Assembly: GCA_951406725.2 (NCBI GenBank) | Contig: OX597835.1 | Location: 32,550,001-32,614,000, forward strand | Length of the DNA stretch: 64,000 nt | Source: Octopus vulgaris | Taxonomy: Eukaryota | Direction: 5' to 3' | Notes under the pieces: generated by a model | Told to the model about the DNA's origin: nothing | Databases searched by the model: none | Seen by the model: only the letters and a program-made list of their open reading frames with translations | Shown here: positions 51,200 to 64,000 of the stretch, piece after piece | Layout of the letters: each line of letters starts with the position of its first letter | Numbering within the stretch: position 1 is the first letter of the stretch | Translations under genes and position numbers: made by a program

Positions 51200-52190
51200 G
51201 TTACAGAATTAACACAGGTTATGGGAACATAAACCTTCTTCCACGAAAAGATAGCTTAAACTGTGCTCTAAATGGAGGTGTAGTCAAATCCTATTTCATG
51301 GACTCAACCATGTTCTAAAATAAGTCGACAGGTAAGCTTTCCGGACAACCCAATATTTAGTACATTTCCAATTCTTGTCTCTTCAACCCACAATGAAGTG
51401 ATATCAATGGAACCATATAAAACCATTGAGAAATTTGGAAGTAAATTCGCTCAAATGTCTTTTACCAGTTGTACAGCATTGTCTGACTGACACGACATTG
51501 CGCTTTTTCGGTCAGCTTATGACATTTATTTCTTTTTATTATCGATAAACTTCGATACTTATATTTTATTTCGTCCAGAGAGACGACAGTGGACAATAGT
51601 ATTCAACGTGAGACCGACCAAACGTAGAGAAGAAAAGAATTATTTTCTTAGAGCCTCGAGATTGGAAAGTTCAAAGAATCTGACAGCACACTCTGCGAGG
51701 AATATAGGCTCTATTACAAAATGCTTAGCAGCATTTCATCCGTCTTTACGTTCTGAGTTCAAGTTCCGGGATCGATAAAAGTATCAGTTGAGCACTGGAG
51801 TTGATCTAATCGACGTACCCCTTCCCCCTAAATTGCTGGCCTTGTGCAAAAACGTGAAAGCAATATAAGTTTGATATTGATACGTGCACCTTAACTGTAT
51901 TTACTCCCAAGTCTCTGATATTATTTGACTCTGCGACTTCTCCCGAAAGAACTGATAATGGCTTTTTAAGTGTATATTCATTTCTAAGGTAAATAACCTC
52001 GGATTTTCCCTCGTTCAGGGTGAACCATATTGTCACCCATATTCTCCTCTACTAACTTTCTGCGTTTCAGAAATGATTTCCGTTTCAGTACGATGACATT
52101 TGCGACAGCATTTATGGGAATAATAAAGAGATGTAAGACTACTACAGTGTCCTGAAGGTACATCACGAATGACTCATACTTCTCATGTGT
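51200..52190 (-). pseudogene. Decayed CR1/L2-like RT fragment
   Basis: FTLNEGKSEVIY..SGEVAESNNIRDLGV and FSTFGRSHVEYYCPL resemble CR1 FNxxK..RDLGV and RPHLEYC motifs; interrupted by a SINE at 51718-51860. Confidence 0.6.
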
Positions 52191-53192
52191 AAATACCTGT
52201 TTCTTTACTACCCACAAGGGGCTAAACATAGAGGGGACAGACAAACAAGGACAGACATAGGTATTAAGTCGATTACATCGACCATAGTGCGTAACTGGTA
52301 CTTAATTCATCGACCCTGAAAGGATGAAAGGCAAAGTCGACCTCGGCGGAATTTGAACTCAGAACGTAACGGTAGACGAAATAAGGCTACGCATTTCGCC
52401 CGGCGTGCTAACGATTCTACCATCGATCGCATACTCTCTCTCTTTTACTCTTTTACTTGTTTCAGTCATTTGACTGCGGCCATGCTGGAGCACCGCCTTT
52501 AGTCGAGCAAATCGACCCGGGACTTATTCTTTGTTAGCCCAGTACTTATTCTATCGGTCTCTTTTGCCGAACCGCTAAGTGATGGAGACGTAAACACACC
52601 AGCATCGGTTGTCAAGCAATGCTAGGGGGACAAACACACACACATATATATATACATATATACGACGGGCTTCTTTCAGTTTCCGTCTACCAAATCCACT
52701 CACAAGGCATTGGTCGGCCCGGGGCTATAGCAGAAGACACTTGCCCAAGATGCCACGCAGTGGCACTGAACCCGGAACCATGTGGTTGGTTAGCAAGCTA
52801 CTTACCACAGAGCCACTCCTTTCCACAGAATCCAATGTTGGACAGTTTCTTCAGTAGTATACGTATATGTTTTGCGTGATATCTATTTGTGGTAGGACTA
52901 AAACAGAAACTGAAAGTCAAAAAGTCCAGCAGACACATACAGAAAGCACCAGACACGCATCCAAATCATACACAAACAATCAATATTTGTTCTATTAACG
53001 GAAAATTTGTAATAGATAGTAACGAGTTATTCCGTTATTAAAAAGATTTTGTCATTAATGACAGTTATTAAGTGCAAGATTTATCACAATTTACACGAAT
53101 ATAAAGAATCAATCACAAGTATTTCAGTTCCGGACATAGAAGCATCATTTCCGGGATTACGTTTCTAACATCTCAACATTTTAATCGTTCAT

Positions 53193-53440
<248 letters not shown>

Positions 53441-53776
53441 ATGCATATATACTTTTATATTCTTTTAGATGTTTCAGCCATTAGACTGCGGCAATGCCGG
53501 ACTATCGTCTTGAATGTTTTTTTTCTTTTTTAGTCGAGTGAATCGACCCCAGTATTTATATTTTTCAAACCCTGGTACTTATTCTATTGATATCTTATGC
53601 TGAAACACTAAGTTACAACAAGGACGAAAACACACTAACATCGGTTGTCAAACGGTTGTAGGGGGTACAAAGACAGGCAAATAGACACACACATATATAC
53701 ATATGTACATGCATACATACATACATACATACATACATACATACATACATACATACATACATACATACTACGTGCA

Positions 53777-53817
<41 letters not shown>

Positions 53818-53864
53818 GTCGGGTTTCTTTCATTTTCAATCTACCAAATCCACTCGCATGAGTT

Positions 53865-54068
53865 TGTTTTATATATGTTTGTGATTTTTTTCCCTCTGTC
53901 TTCCCTTCTCTGGATCTTTCCTTCTCCTATGTTTCCGACGAAGAGCTCCGCACGAAACGTTAAACCCTCCTTCCTTCCTTCTTTCCTGAGCGTCCAATAA
54001 TACTATATTTGTTCCACGTCCTCGCATTGTTGTGTTTTTTTGTGCTTTCTTGTTTGGATTAACTTTAT
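53865..54068 (+). mobile_element. Short PLE-type terminal fragment with a variant hammerhead-like motif, ending at (TA)n
   Basis: GTTT CCGACGAA GAGC-TCC-GCAC GAAA CG TT AAAC at 53931-53965. Confidence 0.5.
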
Positions 54069-54087
54069 ATATATATATATATATATA

Positions 54088-54512
54088 TACAGGATGCAGT
54101 GAATAAATTGTCATCTAAATTAAGCAAAAATGAATATATCACTGATATCTCATTTTAGCAGATATATATTTACCGAAATTACATAAAAATATCTTGAAAT
54201 ACTAAACAGTAAATTTATTCAATAGAATCGCCATTGGCTTCAACCATGGTTTCCAGACGACTTCGGAATCTTCTACAGCTCTTCTGGACGGCCTACTCGT
54301 TTAAGGTGGTGACTACTGCTATAATGCTTGCCTTCAGTTCATCTTTGTTGTTACAAGGAGTTTTGTTGGTCTCTTGTACAACTGCGCGCCGCACATAATA
54401 ATCAAGGGAGTTGCAGTCTGGGGAGTTAGGTAGCCAAATGTTATGGGTGATGTGATCGCAGAAATTGTCTAACAGCCATGACTGGATTCCCCTGCTTCTG
54501 TGGCATGGTGCA
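54088..54512 (-). mobile_element. Tc1/mariner-superfamily (DD37D/maT-like) transposon 3' fragment
   Basis: Minus strand APCHRSRGIQSWL..WLPNSPDCNSLDYY..CRRFRSRLETMVEANGDSIE*; terminus TA|CAGG at 54088. Confidence 0.8.
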
Positions 54513-54565
54513 TAATTTTTTTGCCAGATATAGGGTCTTCTAGCAGCTACCGTCTATACCCAGGT

Positions 54566-54614
<49 letters not shown>

Positions 54615-54745
54615 GCCTACCTACCTACATACCTACCTACCTACATACCTACCTACCTACATACATACATACATACCTACCTACCTACCTACCTATCTAC
54701 CTACGTACCTACCTACCTACCTACCTACCTACCTACCTATCTACG

Positions 54746-54815
<70 letters not shown>

Positions 54816-55635
54816 CGGACGTGCTGTCACTTCGGCTCCGAAGGTAATCGTTTATTTTGACTATTTATAGCCCATATTTTGTGTACATTTTTGTAAATAA
54901 GTTGTGTAAGGCACCCAACTTTCGTTTGAGTGCTTTTCCAAGGGAGGAATTCGCCCCTAGGGGCAGTTTCAACCCAATTTCATTTCTGTAATTTTCTTCT
55001 CGACATTAGAAAATGTCGAGAAATTTTATTGTAGAACGCTGGTCGCGTTCCTTTATGGGCCAGCATTTTCCTAGTTTGGAAATGCTAGGAGAAGAAGAAA
55101 AGAACTCATGCACGCAAAGTGCAAACATGAATATCGTTGGAATGAACGCTGCAACCACGTGCGGTAACAGCACTGTCACCACCGCCACCACCATTAACAA
55201 CAACAACAACGAGACTACTACTGCCATCACCACCACCTCCACCACCACCACCACCACCACTACCACCACAACCAACATAAATGATAAAAATGAAACTCAC
55301 GCGAATACTGTTAAGAAAAACAACAAGAACAACAACAAGAACAACAATAAAAATGAACTAATAGTGAAGATGTTAATACAAAAAAATCAACAACACCAGT
55401 AAATTTCGCTGACACTCTGCGTCAGAGGAAAGAGATTGTAACATTTACAAATGAAGAGCTCATAGAAACGAGAGCTCTCTTTACAACCCGGGGCAAGATT
55501 TAGTGCAACATACACCTCAACACATAAAGCAAGAAATAGAAAATAAGACAATTATATATAAAATTATAAGAAAAAACAAAAAAACTAAATGAACAGATTA
55601 CAAAAACAGATGTAGAAAAATGCTTAAAAAACATA

Positions 55636-56913
55636 ATGAAAGAAAAAGAATATATAAACTGGGGTCCTCAGTTTAACACAGTAGTGGTTCGCTTCCCTAA
55701 CCAGGAAGTGGCAAAAGCTCACTCTACTGAGTCTCTGGGAAATGATGAAATCATCATGGTCCCATACTATAAAAACCAGAGAGTGAGTCGAATCACTATT
55801 AAAAATGTACCTCCCGAGATTCCTAACAAAAGGATAACAGGGGCAATCTGTTACCATTTAAAAAATATCAACATTTTGGAAACCGCTGTGTACCTTGGCG
55901 ACATTTGGGGTGGGAAGACAATAGTGGTGACCATACAGATTGAGGGGGCCTCTATCGAGAGCCTACCGGATAAGATCTACTTGGAAAATGGGCAATGCCT
56001 ATATGTTGTAGCAGAAGGCAAAAAGCCTAGATGCTACAACTGTGGCAGCCCCGAACATTTAATTGCCAAGTGCGCTCTGGTACAGAAAAAACAAGAAAGA
56101 ACAAATCAGAAAACAAATAAAAAACCCTTGTTGCCAACACCAACACCAACACCAACACACTCAATTATGGAACAATGCAAAGAAAAACAACAAACCAGCA
56201 AACAAACCCCAACAACATCACCAAGAAAAGAAACAGTACCAACACAATCATCGTTGACGTCACAACCAATTCAACATGTTGAATCAACAAAAAATAGACC
56301 AACACCCACACCGAGGACGACAATTAAAAAGACAGAAAACAGTGACGGGAAGACAAATTCTACCTCTAGCACCACAAAAACACAAACACCGCACAAAACA
56401 TCAACAATTTATACAAGCATATATATGAACCCAAATGCTTTGCCTCTACCCCATACTGATACGTCGGACGACGAAAGTTCGACGGAATGGCAAATAGCCA
56501 CAGGGGGTAAAAGGAAAAGATCCAAAAAATCCACCAAACAAGGAAGTAAACCAGGGAGATATCTAACTCCGGACAACATCCCCCTAGACGATCAAAAAAG
56601 CAATGAACCCGTAAAACCACACACACAACTAATTGCAATAGACACAGACAATAAAGAATTAATGGACTACATCACATCCAACACGGACATATGTGAAGAT
56701 GACTTTAAGACAAACAATCATCCGCACATCACACCACCGAAACACATCAGAATTTTACACATAACACAAGCACAACACCACATACTGAAAACAATATTTC
56801 CGAATGCGGTAGGCGGGTTTCAACGATACCTGCCGAAAAAACTATACAAACACCTCATCAAAAACAATACAAAAGAAGAAGAAAAAAATAAAACTTTTAA
56901 AATGAGTAAGTGA
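55636..56913 (+). CDS. ORF1, gag-like nucleic-acid-binding protein with a CCHC knuckle
   Basis: 425 aa with CYNCGSPEHLIAKC followed by a Thr/Pro/Lys-rich region. Upstream ORF 55013-55402 may be a broken N-terminus. Confidence 0.85.
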   Translation: MKEKEYINWGPQFNTVVVRFPNQEVAKAHSTESLGNDEIIMVPYYKNQRVSRITIKNVPPEIPNKRITGAICYHLKNINILETAVYLGDIWGGKTIVVTIQIEGASIESLPDKIYLENGQCLYVVAEGKKPRCYNCGSPEHLIAKCALVQKKQERTNQKTNKKPLLPTPTPTPTHSIMEQCKEKQQTSKQTPTTSPRKETVPTQSSLTSQPIQHVESTKNRPTPTPRTTIKKTENSDGKTNSTSSTTKTQTPHKTSTIYTSIYMNPNALPLPHTDTSDDESSTEWQIATGGKRKRSKKSTKQGSKPGRYLTPDNIPLDDQKSNEPVKPHTQLIAIDTDNKELMDYITSNTDICEDDFKTNNHPHITPPKHIRILHITQAQHHILKTIFPNAVGGFQRYLPKKLYKHLIKNNTKEEEKNKTFKMSK

Positions 56914-56970
56914 CCTCCCCTCTTGCCTCTTGTCTCTTCTAATGTAGTGTGTAAAACACAATTTTCGTAA

Positions 56971-59900
56971 ATGTCAAGTATGCTTAAATTAGGTTGTGTG
57001 AATGCGCGTGGCTTGGCATCGACTTGGAAGCAAGGTTACCTTCTAAACGACATCAAGTCACTGAACGTGGATATAGTAGCTATCAGTGAAACCAGACTCA
57101 GTAAGCCACGGGCCCTCGAGTCCATGTTTGGAATTCAATTTGACATTTATTTTTCTCCCTGTCTGCCGAACATGAGTGGTGGAGGTACCGCGGTGCTTTT
57201 TCGAAAGAGTCTAAATGTAAAAGTAAGAGCAATATTCCTAGACCCGGAGGGTAGGCTGGTTGTCTTGGACGTGGATGGCAGAAATGGGTGTGCATTCCGT
57301 CTGATGGCAGTTTATGCACCGTCCTTAACGGGTCGGGCGGATTTCTTCAGACGTCTAGAGGTTTTCCTGGGTACGTCTAGACCTTTACTGGAACGCTACC
57401 TTGGACACGCATCTAGATTATGTGGGAAGGGATAGGAATAGAAGGGGGTGTAAGAGCCTCAAAGACCTGCTCAGACGTTTCCATTTGTCTGACAGGTTCC
57501 GACTCGACCATCCGAACGTGCCAACGTGGACTTGGACAAACCGCGTCGGATCGTCGAGATCTTATCTAGATAGAATTCTATGTAGGACAGCGGATAGGGA
57601 TAGTGTAGGATGTCCACAATTTAAAATAGTCAGCTACACAGATCACAAATTTGTTACGTGTACGCTCGACTTAGATAAAACACATAGGCAGGGTCCCGGT
57701 TACTGGAAACTGAACACGTCGCTGTTAGCGCGACAGGTTTACAGGAACCGGATTAGCGAGTTAATTAAGAGGGCGCTGACGGGAGCCGTCGTTAACAACC
57801 GCTGGTGGTACGCCCTGAAAATGGCAATAAAATCGGAATCAATTCGGTTTAGCAAGGAATTAGCGATAGAACGAAATAGAGTAGTGGGAGACTTGATTAA
57901 GAAACTAGAGGCACTTACCACTGGCAGCGCAACCAACGTGCTGGCTGCGAGGATGGCCCTCGACCAACACCTCAATGCCAAGCACGAAGGTTGCGTCTTC
58001 AGAGCTAAAATGCGTGCCTTAAGGAAGGAAGGGATCGAAGCTGCGCGAGAGGCCCGGGTAGCGGAGGCGCAGCGTGGCAACAGAGCCACCATTCGGTCTC
58101 TAATAGATCAACAGGGATGCAGTTTACTCGAACCCGAAAGGATGTGTGAGGCCTTTCAACAGCACTTTGCTCGACTGTTTGGTGCGAGTGGTGGGTCGGA
58201 ACGCGGGATGGATTTCAGTGCCTACCTGACCGTCCTGCCGCGGCTCTCGGCAAGAGAAGCGGAATGTTGTGAAAGTCCCATCACAGCCGCTGACGTGTGG
58301 GATGCGATGGCGGGCTGCGCGAGGGATAAGTCGCCTGGATTGGATGGTTTACCCTACGAGCTGTATTGTCGAATGCCAGACTTGTTTGGCGACCTCTTGG
58401 CATCAGTTTACTGCAACTGGCAACAAAACGGGAGAATCCCCGGTTTTTAGAGCCGAGGTGCAGTGACGTTGCTGAAGAAAGACCCAAACAAGGAGAATTT
58501 TATAGATAATTTCAGGCCCATCACTCTGCTCAACGCAGATTTGAAAATTTTGGCCAAAGTAATAGCCGAGAGGTTGGCGCTTGTCATTGGTAAACTGGTC
58601 GACAGGGCGCAAACATGCGCCGTGCCGGGCAGAACCATACATGACAACCTCCATCTGATGCGCTACATTGTGGACAGGGTAGTTAAGGATCCTGGCATGG
58701 GTGGGGCGCTGATAAATTTGGATCAGTCTAAAGCCTTCGATAGGGTCGACCATCGGTACTTGGCGGCCGTCCTCAGGGCGGCTGGCTTCGGTCCCGTCTT
58801 CCGCGGTTGGATCGCTGCCTTATATAGCGGCATCCGATCGGTGATTCGGGTGAACGGTCACCTGTCGAAACCGTTTGACATCACGCGTTCGGTCCGTCAG
58901 GGGTGTCCCCTGTCGGCGCTTCTGTATGTATTGACTCTCGAGCCGCTACTGCGGAAGCTGGCGACACTGAGGGGCATCCCACGGGAACTGGGTTGCGGGA
59001 AGAGCGTGTCGGCATATGCGGACGATGTCACCGTCATAGTGTCGAGCGACAAACACATCCAGATGATAGGCGAGACACTAAGAAAATACGAAACGTTGAC
59101 GGGAGCAAAGATTAACCCGGAAAAGTCAGTGGGTTTGCTACTCGGCACCTGGAGAAGCAAGCCTATGCCGTCCGACTGCGGCTCAGTAGTGGGACGCTGG
59201 ACGGACGGACCGGTTAAATTGCTCGGGGTCTGGTTCAGTCCGGACCTCCAAATGGATAAGAACCGGGACGAGATCACGAGTAGAGTGGTCGCTCTCAGCC
59301 AAACATGGGCCGAGAGAAAGCTGTCTCTAAAGGCCGGGCGGAAGTGGCGAACGCGTACATCGCATCCGTCATCGATTACCGCCTGACCGTCGTACCTTGT
59401 CCCGACGCCACCATCACCAAACTGGAACGCATACTCTTCCGCTTCCTGTGGAAGGGTGGCGTTCCGATGGTGAGGAAGTCCATTTGCTGTCAACATCCGT
59501 TGAATAGGGGACTGGGCATGCCGTGGTTGATGATGCGCAGGCATGCGCTGAGACTGCGACATCTCTGGAACTTCATCGACGACGGTGAACAGGTGTGGGC
59601 GCCGTTTGTGAGGCGCGACTTCCCGCAGCTCGTCTCACTGACCGAACTGCAAACGTGGATCAAAAAGAGACCGAAACTGGGCGATTGGAACCGAGAGTGT
59701 CGCCAAGCTCTACAGCAGCTCTGCCGACCGGGGTCAAACTTGTGCAACTTACAAACGACTAAAGCGTTCTATAGAGGACTAGTGGAGGGGAGGTCCGACG
59801 ACACACTCGGGGCAAACCTGGGCGTCGACGAGGAATTCCTAACCCGCCTGTTCAGGACGACGTTCGGGCCGGGGCCTATGGATAACTTCCAGAAATCCCT

Positions 59901-60398
59901 GGCTTGGCAGTGCTATCGAGACGCACTACCTGTTCGTGAGAAGAGCTACAGACACGGTTCGAAAACCATCACCGGACCGACCTGCCCGAGATGCGGTCAG
60001 AGCGACAAAACCGTTCTGCACGCACTCGTGCAGTGTCCAGATATTTCAGAGCTGTGGTCCTTCGTCGAACAGCTGTTGTCACGTGTAGGTCTGGCTCGCC
60101 TATCGGCCGAGTCTATCGTGAATATTGTTCCACCACCTTCCTTTAAACGGGAAGGGAAAACGGTTTTCGTTACGCTGATGGCTATGGCGAAAGAATGTGT
60201 GTGGTGGACGCGTTTGAAAGGACTGCAAACACCTTCCTCTCTGGTCAGTCTCTCGTCAACTTTTTCAAGTACCACTTGAAAAGGAGGATGAGAATAGAGA
60301 GAAAGGCTTTGTCGAACGAATGTTTTAATAAAAAGTGGGTAAAAGTGGCAAAAATGGTCAGTATGAAAGACGACACTATTTTAAGCATAAATCTGTAA
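56971..60398 (+). pseudogene. ORF2: AP endonuclease, reverse transcriptase and zinc finger, with several frameshifts
   Basis: CVNARGL, ISET, SYLDRIL, YTDH, GYWKLN, KSPGLDG, FRPITLLNADLKI, KAFDRV, RQGCPLS, YADD and CPRC..HALVQC; frame breaks near 57390, 58447, 59335 and 60230. Confidence 0.93.
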
Positions 60399-60482
60399 CC
60401 AAAAGAGACAACGACAAGTAAGGCGACTTACTCATGTGTTCTTTTGTAGGTTTTTCTTTCCAAGGCTACACCTAAACTGTGA

Positions 60483-60529
<47 letters not shown>

Positions 60530-60731
60530 CTTTTTTATACACCACACAACCCACAGATCCCTATTGATCAAACGTTTTTTTTTTCTTGTGCCCCACCCAT
60601 CCCACCTCGAAAAGAAAAAATTCTACATTGTATTTCGTCCATTTTTATTCTGTGTTTAGCCCTGTGTGGCTACAATAAAAAGTTATCTATCTATGTATGT
60701 ATGTATATATATATATATAAATATATATATA

Positions 60732-61092
60732 CTAGCAGTATCGCCCAGCGTTGCTCGGGTTTGTAAGGGAAATAACTATAAAGCATTTTTAGAGAGTTAT
60801 AGCTAAAAAATGTAAAAAAAATGGTAAATTTTATTTTTAGTTAAAAAGGTCGAGTTGCGTCCCCTAGACAGTCTGTGGTTTGCGTTTCTGATTCTCGACC
60901 CCATGTCGAATTTATCGATTTTTTCAGAACTGGGGGAACTTTTCAAAATTTTCGCTGCGTTAGTTTTGAATTATGACATTGGGCTATGTGTGTGTCAAGT
61001 TTCATCAGAATCGGTTGAAAGCCGTGGTCAGGGTGAGGGTACGAGAAAACAGACACACAGAAACACGCACAGACAAACTGCCGTTTATATAT

Positions 61093-61097
<5 letters not shown>
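60732..61097 (-). mobile_element. Non-autonomous Helitron
   Basis: Same termini as the others; first ~100 bp match 5984 onward, then a different body. Confidence 0.85.
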
Positions 61098-61127
<30 letters not shown>

Positions 61128-61178
61128 AATACACTCACACACATTCAAATATATGTGCATACATAGACACACACGCAC

Positions 61179-61211
<33 letters not shown>

Positions 61212-62164
61212 TGTATGCATATATGTATCAATCTCTCTCTCCCCACCCCATACAAGTGTGTTTGTATGTATGCACGTGCTATATTCCCTAGAGGGCGCTG
61301 ACTGACAAGTTAGAACAAATGAAAACATTTTACAGAACTTATTTACATTCCTTTATATTCCAAGTCCAAATTTTGATAACATCGACTTTGCTTTTTGCTC
61401 TTCTAAGTATCAATTAAAAAATCAATCAATCAAGCAATCAATCAGTCAGTCAATAATTCAATTCATCGATATATAGCCCCTCTGCATCCTAGAACATCAC
61501 TGAATAACATTTCTTTTGTAAATTGTTCAATAGAATTTGTTTACATCAACTTTTTAATCGATTCCTCAAAAACTTATTTTGGTCTTTACACAAAACAAAC
61601 AGTAATAACAATAATATTAACAATAACAACAGCAACAACATCAAGAACAACAACAACAACAACAACTAGTACAAGAACATGACAACAATAATAATACTTT
61701 CTCCTATAGCCACAAGGCCTGTAATTTGGTGGGAGGGAATTAGTCGATTATATCGACCCCAGTGCATAACTGGTACTTAATTTCTCGACTCCGAAAGAAT
61801 GAAAGGCAGAGTCGAACTCGGAGGAATTTGAACTCGGAACGTAGCGACAGGCGAAATACCTATTTCTTTACTACCCACAAGGGGCTTAACACAAAGAGGA
61901 CAAACAAGGACAGACAAACGGATTAAGTCGATTGTATCGACCCCAGTGCGTAACTGGTACTTATTTAATCGACCCCGAAAGGATGAAAGGCAAAGTTGAT
62001 CTCGGAGGAATTTGAACACGGAACGTAGCGGCAAAGGGCGAAATACCTATTTCTCAGAACGTAACAGCAGATGAAATACGGCTACGCATTTCGCCCGGCG
62101 TGCTAACGTTTCTGCCAGCTCGCCGCCTTAATCAGTCATGATGATGATGATGATGATGACTGTG

Positions 62165-63050
62165 TTAATTTCATTTATTTGTCACAAGAGCGAAGGATGA
62201 GGGGGACAACACAAAGACAGACATAAAGTGTGAGTATTTACATACAATGAAATCATAAAGAAAAGGGAAGTTCAGTATACACAGTATACACTGGGAAAGA
62301 AGGGAAAAAGAAGGGACACATGAGTAGTATACAAAGTTTTAAAGAAAGAAAAATGGCGGGGAGGATGCTAGAGATGTGGCCCTCCTGGTACAAGAAGGCC
62401 TCTAGGAGTAATTGAGGAAACATACTGTCCGAGATTTCCCTGAGACCCCAGGAGCAAGTGCCCTCTCCAATTCCTCCCCGATTCATAGGTCTACACTGAA
62501 CGAGGTACCATCCATCCTTACCATTTTTGCAACTTAAACTCACCTTTTGATAAACTCACTCGAGGACAGCATTTCCCTCTTCATCCTCAATTTCCTTTTC
62601 AAGTGAAACTTGAAGAAGTCAATGACAGCTCTACCAAACAGGAATGTATCTGTCCTCATGACTTTCAGCCTTGTCCACCAAGCAACCACTTTCGTCGCCG
62701 ACACCAGGCAAAGAAAACTGCCTAACCTGCCCGATTGAAGGAGGGCGGCAGTGCGACCATCACTACACACTATGGATCCATCACACATATGACAGCAGCA
62801 GTTCGACATAACCCCACAGGTCAGCAATGCTCGGACACTGAACGAGGGCGTGCAGAACGGTTTCGTCACTCTGCGCGCACTTCGGACAAAGCCGTCTGAC
62901 AGCACATCCGTGCCTGTAGAGTTTCTCTGGAACCGGTAGCGCCCCCCGGTAGCACTGCCAGGCCAAGGACATCTGGAAATTATCTATGATAATTCCTGAC
63001 CGGAAGGTCCTCCGGAACAGACTAGCAAGTTCGTTCTCGTTGGCGCCCAG
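62165..63050 (-). mobile_element. 5'-truncated, diverged Tx1-clade LINE
   Basis: SLAWQCYRGALPVPEKLYRHG..CPKCAQSDETVLHALVQCP and WWTRLK..FFKFHLKRK match the ORF2 C-terminus of the 54816-60694 element; the 3' UTR differs and ends AATAAATGAAA. Confidence 0.9.
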
Positions 63051-63329
63051 AAATGCTTAGCGGCATTTCTTCTGTCTTTAAGTTCTGTGTTCAAATTCCG
63101 CCGATATCGACTTTGCCTTTCATCTCTATGGATTCGATAAAATAAGTACTAGTTGGCTACTGGAGTCGATGTAATTATGAAATTGCTGGCCTTGTGCCAA
63201 AATTTGAAACCCAAATTAAAATTCTTCTTGTGTTTAAAATGAGACAGCATATTCATGAGGTAGTTTTGGTAAAAGATGCAGATCTTTGGGTGAAATAAAA
63301 CGTTGCCTTCGTTTTGCAGCTCAGAAACG

Positions 63330-63365
<36 letters not shown>

Positions 63366-63601
63366 GCACACACGACCATCATTACACATACACAAAAGCA
63401 ACGGCATTTTTTTCGACCTTTACGTTCTGAGTTCTAATTCCACCGTGAGCCGACTTTATCGCTCATGCTTTCCTAGAGTGATAAGATAAGTACCAGTCGT
63501 GTACTGGGGTCAATATAATTGAATAGTCACCCCACCACAAAGTTTCAGCCCTTTCTGCCTATAATAGAACTCCTTCCCACCAAAACCCCCCCAAAAATTA
63601 C

Positions 63602-64000
63602 AAGGCGCAGGAGTGGCTGAGTGGTAAGTAGCTTGCTTTCCAACCACATGGTTCCGAGTTCAGTCCCACTGCGTGGAACCTTGGGCTTCTACTATAGCCT
63701 CGGGCCGACCAAAGCCTTGTGAGTGGATTTGATAGACGGAAACTGAAAGAAGCCCGTCGTATATATGTATATATATATATAAATATATTTGTGCGTGTAT
63801 GTTTGTGTGTCTGTGTTTGTCCCCCTAGCATTGCTTGACAACCGATGCTGGTGTGTTTACGGACCCGTCACTTAGCGGTTCGGCAAAAGAGACCGATATA
63901 ATAAGTACTGGGCTAACAAAGAATAAGTCCCGGGGTCGAGTTGCTCGACTAAAGGCGGTGCTCCAGCATGGCCTCAGTCAACTGACTGAAACAAGTAAAA
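63602..64000 (+). mobile_element. SINE family A, essentially full length
   Basis: Matches the family consensus from AAGGCGCAGGAGTGGCTG to GAAACAAGTAAAA. Confidence 0.9.

Larger units (their letters stand above)
54816..60694 (+). mobile_element. Near-full-length Tx1/L1-clade non-LTR retrotransposon
   Basis: 5' UTR, gag-like ORF1, APE-RT-zinc finger ORF2, 3' UTR with AATAAA (60674) and a TATC tail; ~5.9 kb. Confidence 0.93.

Noticed and set aside
57739-60275. Antisense ORFs up to 221 aa over the LINE ORF2
   Set aside because: Expected shadow ORFs of GC-rich coding sequence.

Overview
Eukaryotic, AT-rich, gene-poor DNA that is almost entirely repetitive. The SINE families, simple-repeat load and TTAGGG-type repeats point to a coleoid cephalopod, probably Octopus (inference). 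No intact host gene is visible; there is one candidate exon at 15294-15370. Most ORF-track entries are microsatellite artefacts. Recognisable content: a near-full-length Tx1/L1-clade LINE (54816-60694) lying between (TATC)n tracts, plus a truncated relative; a full-length decayed mariner; a DD37D/maT fragment; Penelope-like (GIY-YIG), R4/Dong, CR1 and RTE relics; four non-autonomous Helitrons; a telomere-repeat MITE family; a minisatellite with a 127-bp higher-order unit; and dozens of tRNA-derived SINEs. The most striking signal is a set of non-coding fold-back insertions in (TA)n tracts, several carrying hammerhead ribozymes. One (32099-33305) is a circularly permuted 584-nt monomer, a candidate retrozyme/circular-RNA element. 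The Nin-type SINE also shares its 3' tail with the Tx1 LINEs and forms multimers with a fixed junction. All alignments and structures were read by eye; boundaries of decayed elements are approximate.
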